64,000 bases of DNA, from positions 288,001-352,000 of the forward strand of contig OY759353.1 of assembly GCA_963662315.1 (NCBI GenBank), in the 5' to 3' direction. Positions 18,837-28,494 of this stretch are shown here, in pieces. The translations under genes were made by a program, and so were the position numbers. This DNA comes from Geopsychrobacteraceae bacterium. Lineage in GTDB: Bacteria; Desulfobacterota; Desulfuromonadia; Desulfuromonadales; Geopsychrobacteraceae. The notes below the pieces were generated by a model. That model did no database searches. It had not been told where the DNA came from and saw only the letters and a program-made list of their open reading frames with translations. How positions within the stretch are numbered: position 1 is the stretch's first letter; each line of letters begins with the position of its first letter.

Positions 18837-18901
18837 AAAGCAAGACGTGGGGGGCACGTCTTGCAATCCAACATCAAAGTATGGCAAGCAAGTCTTGCCC
18901 T
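18837..18901. repeat. REP-like hairpin type A, copy 3 (with an extra arm)
   Basis: aaagcaagacgtggggggcacgtcttgcaatccaacatcaaagtatggcaagcaagtcttgccct, starting immediately after the stop codon. Confidence 0.85.
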
Positions 18902-19014
18902 TTATCGAAGATATCCGGATCGGACCAAGGAAAATTCTGTAATGACAATTGAATCTCTGGCTTTGGGGCTGATCTCAAACCCTTGCCTGGCTCTCTCCGG
19001 ACAGGCGAAGAAGA

Positions 19015-19521
19015 TTACCAATCCTCCGGATAATCGACGACGGTGGCAGGGTCATTATAGATCAACACCGCCTTCTCATCACGCTCCATGACCTTGAGCG
19101 CTGTATCCACGGGGATCAGCACCAGCTTGTCCTGGTGACTGGCAAGGGCTATTTTTCCCGCCTCAAGCTTGTCAGCGATCTCTTTGGTTGCATAAAAGCG
19201 CTTGATCTTTTTGCCATCGACGTAGTTGTAGGGTTCATCACCCTCTTTTAAGGGCTGATAATTATTGGCGATTAACTGCTTGGCTGCGGCTTGATCGGCT
19301 TTGAGTTTATCCTGCTGTTGTCGCTCGATATTGCGCTGGCGATCAGCAGCGGCCTGCTCTTCACGCTGTTTTTTCAAGCGGGCTTTGGCTTCGGCATCAG
19401 CATTAGCGCTCTGACCCTTCTTGTTCTTTGTCTGCTCCATGCGCTTATCGTGAGCGGCTTTTTTGACCTGTTTTTTATTGACCATGCCAGCTTTAAGCAG
19501 TTGATCTTGCAATGAACCCAT
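19015..19521 (-). CDS. DUF2058 (YaiL-like) protein
   Basis: SLQDQLLKAGMV N-terminus, YNYVDGKKIK. Confidence 0.85.
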   Translation of the reverse strand: MGSLQDQLLKAGMVNKKQVKKAAHDKRMEQTKNKKGQSANADAEAKARLKKQREEQAAADRQRNIERQQQDKLKADQAAAKQLIANNYQPLKEGDEPYNYVDGKKIKRFYATKEIADKLEAGKIALASHQDKLVLIPVDTALKVMERDEKAVLIYNDPATVVDYPEDW

Positions 19522-19767
19522 CTTCACTTCCCTTTGTTTGGTGTTTCAATCCCATGTTAGTGCCTGGAGAGAATAGACTATTTTGTTGATGGTGGGCAAA
19601 CTGAAAAGGGTTCAGTTAATACGCGAAGTTGGTAGTGGCCCAAGAGGACAGAGTGATTGCAAATACATCAGGCTTACGGGAAAATCCCCTTCCACCTTGT
19701 CCACAAGAGCCTGACCGTCCCCACCTCTGTTCTGTCAGTTCCGGTCAGGTCGTCAAGCGGTTGTGCT

Positions 19768-20766
19768 TCAGCCTGGTATTGTGGACTTTTTTTCCCGTTC
19801 AAAGCCTTTACGGCTGTTGTATCCTCGTTCGTCAAATGGTTGCAGCTTTTCCTGCCAGCGCAGTTTCAGCGCCATGAGCTGGCGATCTGCCTGGCCCGTA
19901 GGTTCCTGTACTTTAAGCGTGTCCAGAACTTCAAAAACAAAATTTTCTGCACCCTGTTCGCGCAATTCTGCCTGCAATTCACGATTAAAGACAATTTTAC
20001 CCATCTTCAGCTGGAATTCTCGACTTTTTCTTTCTGTTTCAAGGTTGCTGGTGCTGTCGATGTAGATTTTGCCATTACTTAGGTTGCGGATCTGAAAAAT
20101 TCCCATAATGTGCGGCTTGTCCATATATTGGCGCTTCAGTTCTGCACGTTGTGCCTGTGATAGGGAATGGGTAGACGGGGCATTTGTCTGTTTCACTTCT
20201 GGGTCCTCCTTGGGGGCAGCTTCGCGCCAGTACGTTGTTGCTTCGCGCTGTAGCATGTTTTCTTCGATGAGCAGCCGCCGGATGGTGCAGTAATCGTCGA
20301 ACAGCGGCCTGATCAGTTCTGTCACTTCATTCTCTGTATAACGGCGTCCTGGCTCAAAACGTTGGACAAACTGTTCCAGAACGATGAGGCGTTTTTTATG
20401 CTGGGCCGGAAGTTTTTCCAGAATTCCGTGGCGGAAAAAACTGTTCAGGACTTTGCTGCGGTATTCATCAATGCGCTTCTGCTGCAGTTTATTATCTCCC
20501 TGGACTGCGGAAATAATCTCTTTGAGCGGGGTTTCAAGCAGCTCTTTGTTTGCTTCGAGCATGACGTAATACTGCTCTTTTTTACTCCGGATAATTCCGG
20601 CTTGTTCCAGTTTTTTCAGATGAAAAGAAACCGTTGAGGGCGCAAGGCCGTGTCGCTTAGCCAGCTCTTCAACGTATTGGTGGCGCTCCAGTAACGAATT
20701 AACAATAGCCAGCCGCGATTTGTCGGCCAAGGCTTTCATAATGGCAATGCTTTGTTCGGCGTTCAT
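19768..20766 (-). CDS. ArsR HTH + DUF2087 + GIY-YIG-like fusion regulator
   Basis: KALADKSRLAI...TVSFHLKKL; LPAQHKKRLIVL...YTENEV...DYCTIRRLL; MGIFQIRNLSNGKIYI...ELQAE...FVFEVL. Confidence 0.8.
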   Translation of the reverse strand: MNAEQSIAIMKALADKSRLAIVNSLLERHQYVEELAKRHGLAPSTVSFHLKKLEQAGIIRSKKEQYYVMLEANKELLETPLKEIISAVQGDNKLQQKRIDEYRSKVLNSFFRHGILEKLPAQHKKRLIVLEQFVQRFEPGRRYTENEVTELIRPLFDDYCTIRRLLIEENMLQREATTYWREAAPKEDPEVKQTNAPSTHSLSQAQRAELKRQYMDKPHIMGIFQIRNLSNGKIYIDSTSNLETERKSREFQLKMGKIVFNRELQAELREQGAENFVFEVLDTLKVQEPTGQADRQLMALKLRWQEKLQPFDERGYNSRKGFEREKKSTIPG

Positions 20767-20988
20767 GTTGTTCTCCTGATTCGATATGTATCGAAATAAA
20801 AAGATAGATGTATGCACCGCTGAAGTCAAATTAAATTTATATTTATCGAATTAAATATGTTGGCGATGTGCTATCTATGTGGGATCAGAATCGCACTTAT
20901 GTTTGCTTAGGTGCTATAATTAGCGGCGAGACAATGGCTAATATTTTCAGTACAAAAAATTTTAAGTTACGCTCAATTGGAGGAAATA

Positions 20989-21471
20989 ATGAAAATATCT
21001 ATAATTCTAATACTTCTCAGTCTGTTAACCGCTCCGGCATTCGCCGAGGACCTGAACATCACCATCAAACACGACCAGTCAGGTGTCGCGGACGAAATCA
21101 TCAAACTGAAGGATTTTGATTTTGAGCTTCAGCAGCGGGAACGGGAGCGGATGAAGCGCTGGAATATTGAAGATTCCAATGATGCCGTAAAAGTGGGGGA
21201 TGGTTATTTCAATGAAGGTGAAATTGACGATGCGCTGTTCTTTTATCAAATGGCGATCAAAATTGACCGGACCAATGCTGATGCACACAAAAAGTATCTT
21301 GCGGCCAGAAAAGCAGAGAAGGAAACCTCTTCTCCCCGGTACCACCGGGCGATGGAATATGACCGCAAGGGGATGAAGGATAGGGCGATTGATGAGTTGG
21401 TCCAGGAGCTTAAGGAGCATCCGGATAATGAGCAGGCGCGGATTAAGTTGAATGAGATTGAGAGTAAATAG
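20989..21471 (+). CDS. Secreted TPR-repeat protein
   Basis: Signal peptide ending in APAFA; TPR-like GDGYFNEGEIDDALFFYQMAIKID and HPDNEQAR; GGAGG RBS. Confidence 0.7.
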   Translation: MKISIILILLSLLTAPAFAEDLNITIKHDQSGVADEIIKLKDFDFELQQRERERMKRWNIEDSNDAVKVGDGYFNEGEIDDALFFYQMAIKIDRTNADAHKKYLAARKAEKETSSPRYHRAMEYDRKGMKDRAIDELVQELKEHPDNEQARIKLNEIESK

Positions 21472-22603
21472 TGCGGGGGGCACAGCCCTGTGACTTTGCT
21501 CGTTTCATTTAAATTATAAAAGACAAAGTCGCCGGGTCCCGGCCCGGCAGCCGGGTTCATTTTTCCCAGCGATGGAAAAACGAACCAAAAAGATCTTTGA
21601 AGGTCAAGGTAACTGACGATAACAGTGAAGGGCTACGGTTGAACGTTGCAGGATGCAATTAAGCGGCAGCCCACGCTGCTTCGCAGCTAACGGGCAAGGA
21701 CGTTAGTTGGAAGACGAAGTATAGAGTTTCTATCGATTTTCGCTACTAAACCCATCATCAATAAATAATGCGGTTCTGGCCATCAGGCGGGTTTGAGCCG
21801 TCAGGCCGGTCAGTCAAAAGCTGGCAGCTTTTTGGTGCCCAACGACGCCCGAACGCGGACATATTAAAGAGGGCTTTTTGTGCTTACTATTTTTAGCCTG
21901 ATTGTGAAAAATAGTAAGGCGCAGTGCGGGGGCGCAACACCGCGACTTTGCTTGTTTCTTTCAAATCATAAAAGACAAGGTCGCCGGGTCCCGGCCCGGC
22001 AGCCGGGTTCATTTTTCCCAGCGATGGAAAAACGAACCAAAAAGATCTTTGAAGGTCAAGGACACTGACGATAGCTGTGTTGGGCTAGGTTTGAACGTTG
22101 CCGGGTGAATTTAACCGGCAGCCCACGCTGCTTCGCAGCTAACGGGCAAAAGGCGTTAGTTGGAAGACGAAGTATAGAGTTTCTATCGATTTTCGCTACT
22201 AAACCCATCATCTATCAATAATGCGGTTCTGGCCATTAGGCGGGTTTGAGCCGTCAGGCCGGCTGGTCAATTTCTGGCTGTTTCTTGAAAAACAACGACG
22301 CCCGAACACGGACATATTAAAGAGGGCTTTTTGTGCTTACTATTTTTAGCCTGATTGTGAAAAATAGTAAGGCGCAGTGCGGGGGCGCAACACCGCGACT
22401 TTGCTTGTTTCTTTCAAATCATAAAAGACAAAGTCGCCGGGTCCCGGCCCGGCAGCCGGGTTCATTTTTCCCAGCGATGGAAAAACGAACCAAAAAGATC
22501 TTTGAAGGTCAAGGACACTGACGATAGCTGTGTTGGGCTACGTTTGAACGTTGCGAGGTGGAATGAACCGGCAGCCCACGCTGCTTTGCAGCTAACGGGC
22601 AAG
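21470..22603 (+). repeat. Tandem array of a 453-bp structured non-coding unit (about 2.5 copies)
   Basis: Units start at 21470, 21923 and 22376 (period 453); multiple internal hairpins; inverted homolog at about 60527-61025. Confidence 0.95.
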
Positions 22604-22669
22604 AGCACTTATTGTGAGTTTGTCCTCGCAACTCCGTGACTTTGGTATTGACTGTTGTGATATAAACGC

Positions 22670-22712
22670 AAAAGGCCGTCATCATCTGCACAACAGACAA
22701 TGACGGCCTTTT
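22670..22712 (-). terminator. Intrinsic terminator-like hairpin after the NSS transporter
   Basis: aaaaggccgtcat...atgacggcctttt. Confidence 0.75.
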
Positions 22713-22736
22713 AACATAAAACATCACGCACAACTG

Positions 22737-24122
22737 TTAGCCAAACAAAGACCCGATATAAGCAAACAGCCCCGACTCCTTCACCTTGGCATAAAGCACA
22801 AACGCCACTGCCAGTGGAGAAATAAAGCGAATGGTGAAATGCCAGAGCGGGAATACCCAACCACAGTTTCCCGAAACCAGTTCAGCTTTCTCCTCTGTTC
22901 CTTTCCAGAACCAACCGACATAAATAGCAATAAACAGTCCGGCAATGGGGAGCAGGTAGTTGGAGGCGATCAGGTCGATACTGTCGAAAAACGCCCGCTC
23001 ACCAAGGAATGTCATCTCACCAAGAACGTTGTAGGACAAAGCAGACGGAATACCGACGATAAAACAGAGCAACGCCAGGAAAGCAGTAGCCGGTTTTCTG
23101 CCCCAGCCACGCTCATCGATCAGATAGGCGACCTGGGCTTCAAGCAGAGAAATGGTACTGGTCAGGGCGGCAAAGGCAATCAGCAGGAAGAACAGGATGG
23201 CGAGGAAATAGCCTCCTGGAATTTGGGAGAAAACGACCGGGATAGTTTTGAAAACCAGTCCAGGTCCCGCCGATGGATGCATCCCGACAGCAAAAACAAT
23301 GGGGAAAATGGCCAGCCCGGAAATAAGCGCAATCAAGGTGTCGAGACCGGCGACCCGCAGACTCACTCCGACCAGATTGGTATCTTTCTGCAGGTAAGAC
23401 CCATAAGTAATCATGATCGCCATACCCAGAGAGAGGGTATAGAAGGAGTGCCCCATGGCTTCCAGAACTGAGGCCGTCGTTAATTTGCTGAAGTCCGGGT
23501 AAAACATGAACCGCAGCCCCTCAGCGGCGCCATCACTGAGCATGCCGTTAATGAAGAGCAGCAGCAGCAAGCACAACAGTAATGGCATAAGGATTTTGCT
23601 CCAGCGCTCAATCCCTTTCTGGATACCGCCAATAACGATGGCCAGAGTCAGAATAATAAAGCCGAAGTGGCAGATAATCTGACGCGAACCGTCACCAATA
23701 AGGCCACCGAACATCCCCTCGATGGTTTCCGGGGATTGGCCGACAAAGGCACCCTGTATGGCCCGCCAGACATAATCCAGAGTCCAGCCGGCGACGACGG
23801 AGTAGTAGGAGAGAATAATAAAGGAGGTAATAACGCTGACCCAGCCGACCAGCTGCCAGGGGGAGCGTTTGCCTTCCAGGGCAATAAAGGCGCCGACGGC
23901 ATCCTTTTGGGTATGGCGGCCAATCATCAGCTCTGCAATCATGATCGGCAGGCCGACAATAGCGATACAGATAAGATAGACGATTACAAAAGCCCCACCG
24001 CCGTTCTGGCCGGTGATATAGGGGAACTTCCAGATATTACCAAGGCCGATGGCGCTACCCGCCGCAGCCAGAATAAAGCCCAGGCGTGATGCCCATTGTC
24101 CTCGTCTTTGAGGAGTTGTCAT
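22737..24122 (-). CDS. Sodium-dependent transporter, NSS/SNF family
   Basis: RGQWASRLGFILAAAGSAIGLGNIWKFPY...GGGAF; multiple TM segments. Confidence 0.95.
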   Translation of the reverse strand: MTTPQRRGQWASRLGFILAAAGSAIGLGNIWKFPYITGQNGGGAFVIVYLICIAIVGLPIMIAELMIGRHTQKDAVGAFIALEGKRSPWQLVGWVSVITSFIILSYYSVVAGWTLDYVWRAIQGAFVGQSPETIEGMFGGLIGDGSRQIICHFGFIILTLAIVIGGIQKGIERWSKILMPLLLCLLLLLFINGMLSDGAAEGLRFMFYPDFSKLTTASVLEAMGHSFYTLSLGMAIMITYGSYLQKDTNLVGVSLRVAGLDTLIALISGLAIFPIVFAVGMHPSAGPGLVFKTIPVVFSQIPGGYFLAILFFLLIAFAALTSTISLLEAQVAYLIDERGWGRKPATAFLALLCFIVGIPSALSYNVLGEMTFLGERAFFDSIDLIASNYLLPIAGLFIAIYVGWFWKGTEEKAELVSGNCGWVFPLWHFTIRFISPLAVAFVLYAKVKESGLFAYIGSLFG

Positions 24123-24540
24123 GCTGTGAATCCTTTCCTGTTTGTTTGATGACGATATGATTAAGCCATCAGGCTAAAAAACAAAGGCGCGATAGTAACA
24201 CTGAGTTTGCTGAGGGGGAATACAAAATGTTCATAAAAATTCCCCGGCACGGACGACGTGCCGAGCCGGGGCGATCGATCGGTGCAGTCGCGCAGATTGA
24301 GCGTGAAGGAATTGCCAGTGGCGAAGAGGGGCTGTTGTCGTTAAATGTGTGCTCTAATGCGCAGTGTCCTTGGAAAAAATTAATGGTTGGGCTACTATCA
24401 TGGGTATTCTGTTATTATCTAGCGACACTACTGTGGAAAAGAGAAGGGTCGGCATTTTGAGTGGATTAAATACCCGTGCTGTGATGGTTTTGACATTTTT
24501 TCTTCCTGAAAATCAATTTTTCCATTAATCCGGAGATTTT

Positions 24541-26487
24541 ATGGCCGATAAAGACCTATCAACAATCGATTGGTTTGAAATGGAAAGTGATTTTTTCAAA
24601 CAAACCATTGAAGCATCAAAAGAAGCCATTTTTTGGCTGAAGGATTCAGGACAGTTCGCCTATGTCAATAAAAGCGCCTGCGACTCCCTTAATTATTCCA
24701 GAGAAGAATTACTTTCTAAGTATTTATGGGATATTGATCCTGATTATAGCGAGGAAACATTTCAATCGTTATGGGGAAAATTGGCCATTAACGAAACAGT
24801 TCAACATGAAACAAGGCATCAGCGTAAAGATGGAACAACCTTTCCGGTTGAGGTCTATTCCACCGTTCTTTCCTATAAAGGCAAGATATATCACACCTCT
24901 TTTGTCAGGAACCTTAGCGAGCGTAAGGCTGTCGAGGCGACTTTAAGGGAAAGTGAAAATCGTTTCCGGGCTCTGTTGGATACGATTCCGGACTATATCT
25001 GGCTCAAGGATGGTGATGGGGTTTATCTTTCGTGTAACGCCAATTTTGAAAAACTCTATGGAGCTAAAGATATCATCGGGAAAACCGATTATGATTTTGT
25101 CGATAAGGATTTAGCAGACTTTTTCCGGCAGAACGACAAGATTGCCATGCAGGCCAGCAAACCGATGACCAACGAAGAATGGCTCACTGTTGCTGTGACT
25201 GGTGAAAAAATTCTAATGCTGACAACCAAGGTGCCTATGTATGCTCCAGATGGGAGTATTATCGGCGTGTTAGGAGTCGGTCGCGATATCACAGCGTTAA
25301 AAAAGGCCGAAGAAGAAAAGAGCGAATTGGAAAACCAGCTTTACCAGACGCGCAAGATCGAATCCATCGGGCAGCTTGCCGGTGGTATCGCGCATGATTT
25401 TAATAATATGCTTGGTGTCATTCTTGGCCACTGCGAGTTGGTGCGGCTAAAAGGTCAGGGCGATAATCCCTTTGATTTTCATATACAGGAAATACAAAAA
25501 GCGGCCCGACATTCAGCGGACTTAACCAAGCAATTATTAACCTTTGCACGCAAACAGACTATTTCTCCGCAGTCGATTGATTTAAATGAAACGGTGCCAA
25601 GCATGCTGAAAATGCTGCAGCGGCTTATTGGTGAAGAAATAAAATTGTTTTGGTCGCCAGCACCTCAGCTTTGGCCGATCTATGTCGATCCGTCTCAGGT
25701 TGACCAGATCCTGGCCAACTTATGTGTCAATGCTCGCGATGCGATCAATGGGAGCGGCAATATTTATATAGAAACTGAAAATATCAGCTTTCAGGAAGTT
25801 CCTGATAAATTTAAAGCCTTCGATGTGATGCCGGGACACTATGTCAAAATAGCTGTCACTGATAATGGCTGTGGCATGACGAAAGAGATTCTGGCTCATA
25901 TATTTGAACCCTTCTATACCACCAAGAGCGTTGGCTCTGGAACCGGATTGGGCCTCGCAACGGTATACGGGGCCGTGAAACAGAATGACGGCTTTATCGA
26001 TGTGCACAGTGAACCAGGGGCAGGGACAACATTTGACATTTTCTTCCCTCGTAATACGGCGGTCAAGGTTTCCGTGCCAAATAACGAAGGAAGTCATTTT
26101 TTTCATGGCAATGAAACGATTCTGCTCGTGGAAGATGAAGAAATGCTCCTCAATATGGAGTCTGCTATCCTCGCGCAGTGCGGCTACCAGGTTTTAGCTG
26201 CAGGTAATGCTGAAAGAGCTGTTGCGATCGCTCAGACTCATTCCGGGCCAATTCACATTTTAGTCACCGATGTTGTCATGCCGGAAATGAATGGCTGGGA
26301 ATTAAGTAAAAAGTTGGAAGCAATCAGGCCTGAGATGAAAGTCCTTTTTCTCTCAGGCTATTCGGCGGATATTCTGTCAAATAAAAGAAATGTCAGTCAG
26401 GGGATCAATATTCTTAAAAAACCAATCTCCATGACCTCTTTAACGTTAAAAATTAGAAATATACTCAATGACCTAGAGAACCCTTAA
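24541..26487 (+). CDS. PAS-PAS hybrid histidine kinase/receiver
   Basis: Two PAS domains; GIAHDFNN H-box; NLCVNARDA; GTGLGL; C-terminal ILLVEDE...TDVVMP. Confidence 0.93.
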   Translation: MADKDLSTIDWFEMESDFFKQTIEASKEAIFWLKDSGQFAYVNKSACDSLNYSREELLSKYLWDIDPDYSEETFQSLWGKLAINETVQHETRHQRKDGTTFPVEVYSTVLSYKGKIYHTSFVRNLSERKAVEATLRESENRFRALLDTIPDYIWLKDGDGVYLSCNANFEKLYGAKDIIGKTDYDFVDKDLADFFRQNDKIAMQASKPMTNEEWLTVAVTGEKILMLTTKVPMYAPDGSIIGVLGVGRDITALKKAEEEKSELENQLYQTRKIESIGQLAGGIAHDFNNMLGVILGHCELVRLKGQGDNPFDFHIQEIQKAARHSADLTKQLLTFARKQTISPQSIDLNETVPSMLKMLQRLIGEEIKLFWSPAPQLWPIYVDPSQVDQILANLCVNARDAINGSGNIYIETENISFQEVPDKFKAFDVMPGHYVKIAVTDNGCGMTKEILAHIFEPFYTTKSVGSGTGLGLATVYGAVKQNDGFIDVHSEPGAGTTFDIFFPRNTAVKVSVPNNEGSHFFHGNETILLVEDEEMLLNMESAILAQCGYQVLAAGNAERAVAIAQTHSGPIHILVTDVVMPEMNGWELSKKLEAIRPEMKVLFLSGYSADILSNKRNVSQGINILKKPISMTSLTLKIRNILNDLENP

Positions 26488-26598
26488 GCGAACGGCCTAT
26501 TGCGGGCAAAGAACAGGCCCTGGGGAGGGGAACCTGCGCGGCTTGTTCTCTAACCATGATCAAGATACCTAGCTTAATAGTTAAGAAAATATACCTTC

Positions 26599-28143
26599 AT
26601 GTTTGAATTGCACTTAAACAGTCTGCCATCGTTTTCTATTCTGCTGCTTGTTATTGCCGCTTTTGAGATTTTTTTTACTGCCCTCGCATTTCATCAACGG
26701 AGAACTGTTGGGGGGAGTTCTTTTTTGTGTTTGATGCTGGCAATGATTGTTTATACCGTAGGGTATGCTTTTGAAATAGCGTCAGCAGATCTGCACACGG
26801 CCCTGTTTTTTTCCGATATTCAATATCTTGGCATACCGTTTATTCCGTTTTTTCTCTATTCTCTGGTCCGGAAATATCTGACCAATACCAATAGCATTCC
26901 TTCTAAATTAGCGGTTTTTTTGCTTATTATCCCGCTATGTACTTTCTTTTTGCACTTAACGCTTTTCAAGCACAATTTATTTTACATAGATCCATCCCTT
27001 ATCTTTAAGGACGGTTGTTCCATCCTGCAGTTCAAAAAAGGGGCATGGTATTACATCGATTCGGCATATAAGATCATTCTTGTTCTCATGTCCTTGGTTT
27101 ATAGTGTTTTTCGCTTTGCTAAAAATAAAAAGTATAGAAATAATGTTTCGCTAATCATATTAGCAACAACTTTCCCATTCTTAGGTTATGTCTTATATAT
27201 TGCCGAGCTGACGCCTAAATATATAGATATCAATCCCCTTGTATTTGGGGCCTCATGTCCTATTTTAGCTATAGCGATTTTCCACCTGTCCCTCTTTGAA
27301 ATTGTTCCGGTTGCAAGAGATCATATTTTTGAAAACCTAGACCATGGACTTCTGGTAACAAATACAGAGAACAAAATGGTTGACTACAATGTGTCAATAA
27401 AATCAATGTTCCCGGAAATTGAAAACTATCGAATTGGAACCAATATTAATGACATTTATCTCCAGAATAGAGGAAAAAAAGAGAATCTCTTTACTCTTCT
27501 GAATGAGAATAAGACATTTATCATTAATAATTATGGGCTAGAACATTATTACAACATAAAACGAAATCATATATCGAATAACAATAAGTTTAATGGCGGA
27601 ATCATTTATATCCTTTCCGATGTAACAGAGGAGAAGACCCTCGAGAAGAAACTTCATACCATGGCCACGACTGATGCTTTAACAGGTGTAGAAAACCGGC
27701 GTAATATTATTGAGGTTGGAGAGAAAGCACTTGAATATGCTATGCGCTACAAGCGGGAGATGAGTCTTCTTATTTTTGATATTGATCACTATAAAAATAT
27801 CAATGACACTTGGGGACATCAGTCTGGCGATAAAGTATTGATGGGCATGATCCAACTCTGCAAACAGTATATTCGCGAAAACGACTCTCTGGGCCGCTAT
27901 GGTGGGGACGAATTCATTCTTATTTTACCGGAAGCTTCCCATTCAACAGCATTGATTGTTGCCGAAAAGTTGCGTAAAGCGATTGCGGAAACAGCCATCT
28001 CTCTGGAAAAAGGACGGATTAATGTGACTGCAAGCTTCGGAGTCGCAACGCTGATAAAAGGCGAGACCTTCAATGACCTTTTTAATCGTGCTGATCAACA
28101 GTTATATCGGGCCAAAAGTGCAGGCAGGAACCATGTCTGCTAA
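26599..28143 (+). CDS. 7TM-PAS-GGDEF diguanylate cyclase
   Basis: Hydrophobic N-terminus; TDALTG, DIDHYKNINDTWGHQSGD, RYGGDEF, AKSAGRN. Confidence 0.92.
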   Translation: MFELHLNSLPSFSILLLVIAAFEIFFTALAFHQRRTVGGSSFLCLMLAMIVYTVGYAFEIASADLHTALFFSDIQYLGIPFIPFFLYSLVRKYLTNTNSIPSKLAVFLLIIPLCTFFLHLTLFKHNLFYIDPSLIFKDGCSILQFKKGAWYYIDSAYKIILVLMSLVYSVFRFAKNKKYRNNVSLIILATTFPFLGYVLYIAELTPKYIDINPLVFGASCPILAIAIFHLSLFEIVPVARDHIFENLDHGLLVTNTENKMVDYNVSIKSMFPEIENYRIGTNINDIYLQNRGKKENLFTLLNENKTFIINNYGLEHYYNIKRNHISNNNKFNGGIIYILSDVTEEKTLEKKLHTMATTDALTGVENRRNIIEVGEKALEYAMRYKREMSLLIFDIDHYKNINDTWGHQSGDKVLMGMIQLCKQYIRENDSLGRYGGDEFILILPEASHSTALIVAEKLRKAIAETAISLEKGRINVTASFGVATLIKGETFNDLFNRADQQLYRAKSAGRNHVC

Positions 28144-28186
28144 AGGGGCATCCCCCGACTGAGGGGCGGAGCAAGAAAAAAAGACA

Positions 28187-28223
28187 AAAAAAAGCCCCTG
28201 ACAAGTCAGAGGCTGTTTTTTTG
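28187..28223. terminator. Bidirectional terminator-like hairpin between DGC and tRNA
   Basis: aaaaaaagcccctgac-aa-gtcagaggctgtttttttg. Confidence 0.7.
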
Positions 28224-28227
28224 TTTA

Positions 28228-28312
28228 TGGTACCGAAGGCCGGAGTCGAACCGGCACACCTTGCGGCAACGGTGTTTGAGACCGTCGTGTCTACCAATTC
28301 CACCACTTCGGC
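28228..28312 (-). tRNA. tRNA-Leu(CAA)
   Basis: GCCGAAGTGGTGGAATTGGTAGACACGACGGTCT-CAA-ACACCGTTGCCGCAAGGTGTGCCGGTTCGACTCCGGCCTTCGGTACCA; long variable arm, encoded CCA. Confidence 0.97.
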
Positions 28313-28324
28313 ACGTGAGGGCTG

Positions 28325-28352
28325 ATTATAGTTACGCAGAGCCGTTTGTCAA
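28325..28352 (-). promoter_or_regulatory. Sigma-70 promoter of tRNA-Leu
   Basis: Perfect TTGACA-N16-TATAAT on the minus strand just upstream of the tRNA. Confidence 0.85.
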
Positions 28353-28494
28353 CCCTGTATTCATTGCACATCTAAAAAAAATAGTATCTGGCCGTCCATC
28401 ATCACGCCGGGCGACCCACCGAGAATAGCAATCTGTGCTGCCAAGGCAGAGTCGAAGTGGGTAGCATCACAGAGAAATCACTTTGAGGCCATAT

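Noticed and set aside
14225..18901. Classical integron with attC sites
   Set aside because: I found no convincing RYYYAAC...GTTRRRY boxes at gene ends, no tyrosine integrase, and gene orientation is mixed.
21880..22521. Two near-identical 62-aa ORFs (21880-22068, 22333-22521) and related 104/66-aa ORFs
   Set aside because: They are by-products of the 453-bp repeat: they cross hairpins and unit junctions and have no RBS or recognisable domain.
21470..22603. CRISPR array interpretation of the tandem repeat
   Set aside because: The period is 453 bp with mostly conserved sequence; there is no short repeat/unique spacer pattern and no cas genes.
26599..28143. Hypr GGDEF (cGAMP synthase) partner for the A20 riboswitch
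   Set aside because: It retains Asp in GHQSGD (PleD D344 equivalent), the canonical c-di-GMP signature, rather than Ser.
28228..28312. tRNA-Leu as the integration site of the left-hand accessory region
   Set aside because: I saw no duplicated tRNA 3' end and no integrase in the window; a site beyond the window edge cannot be excluded.
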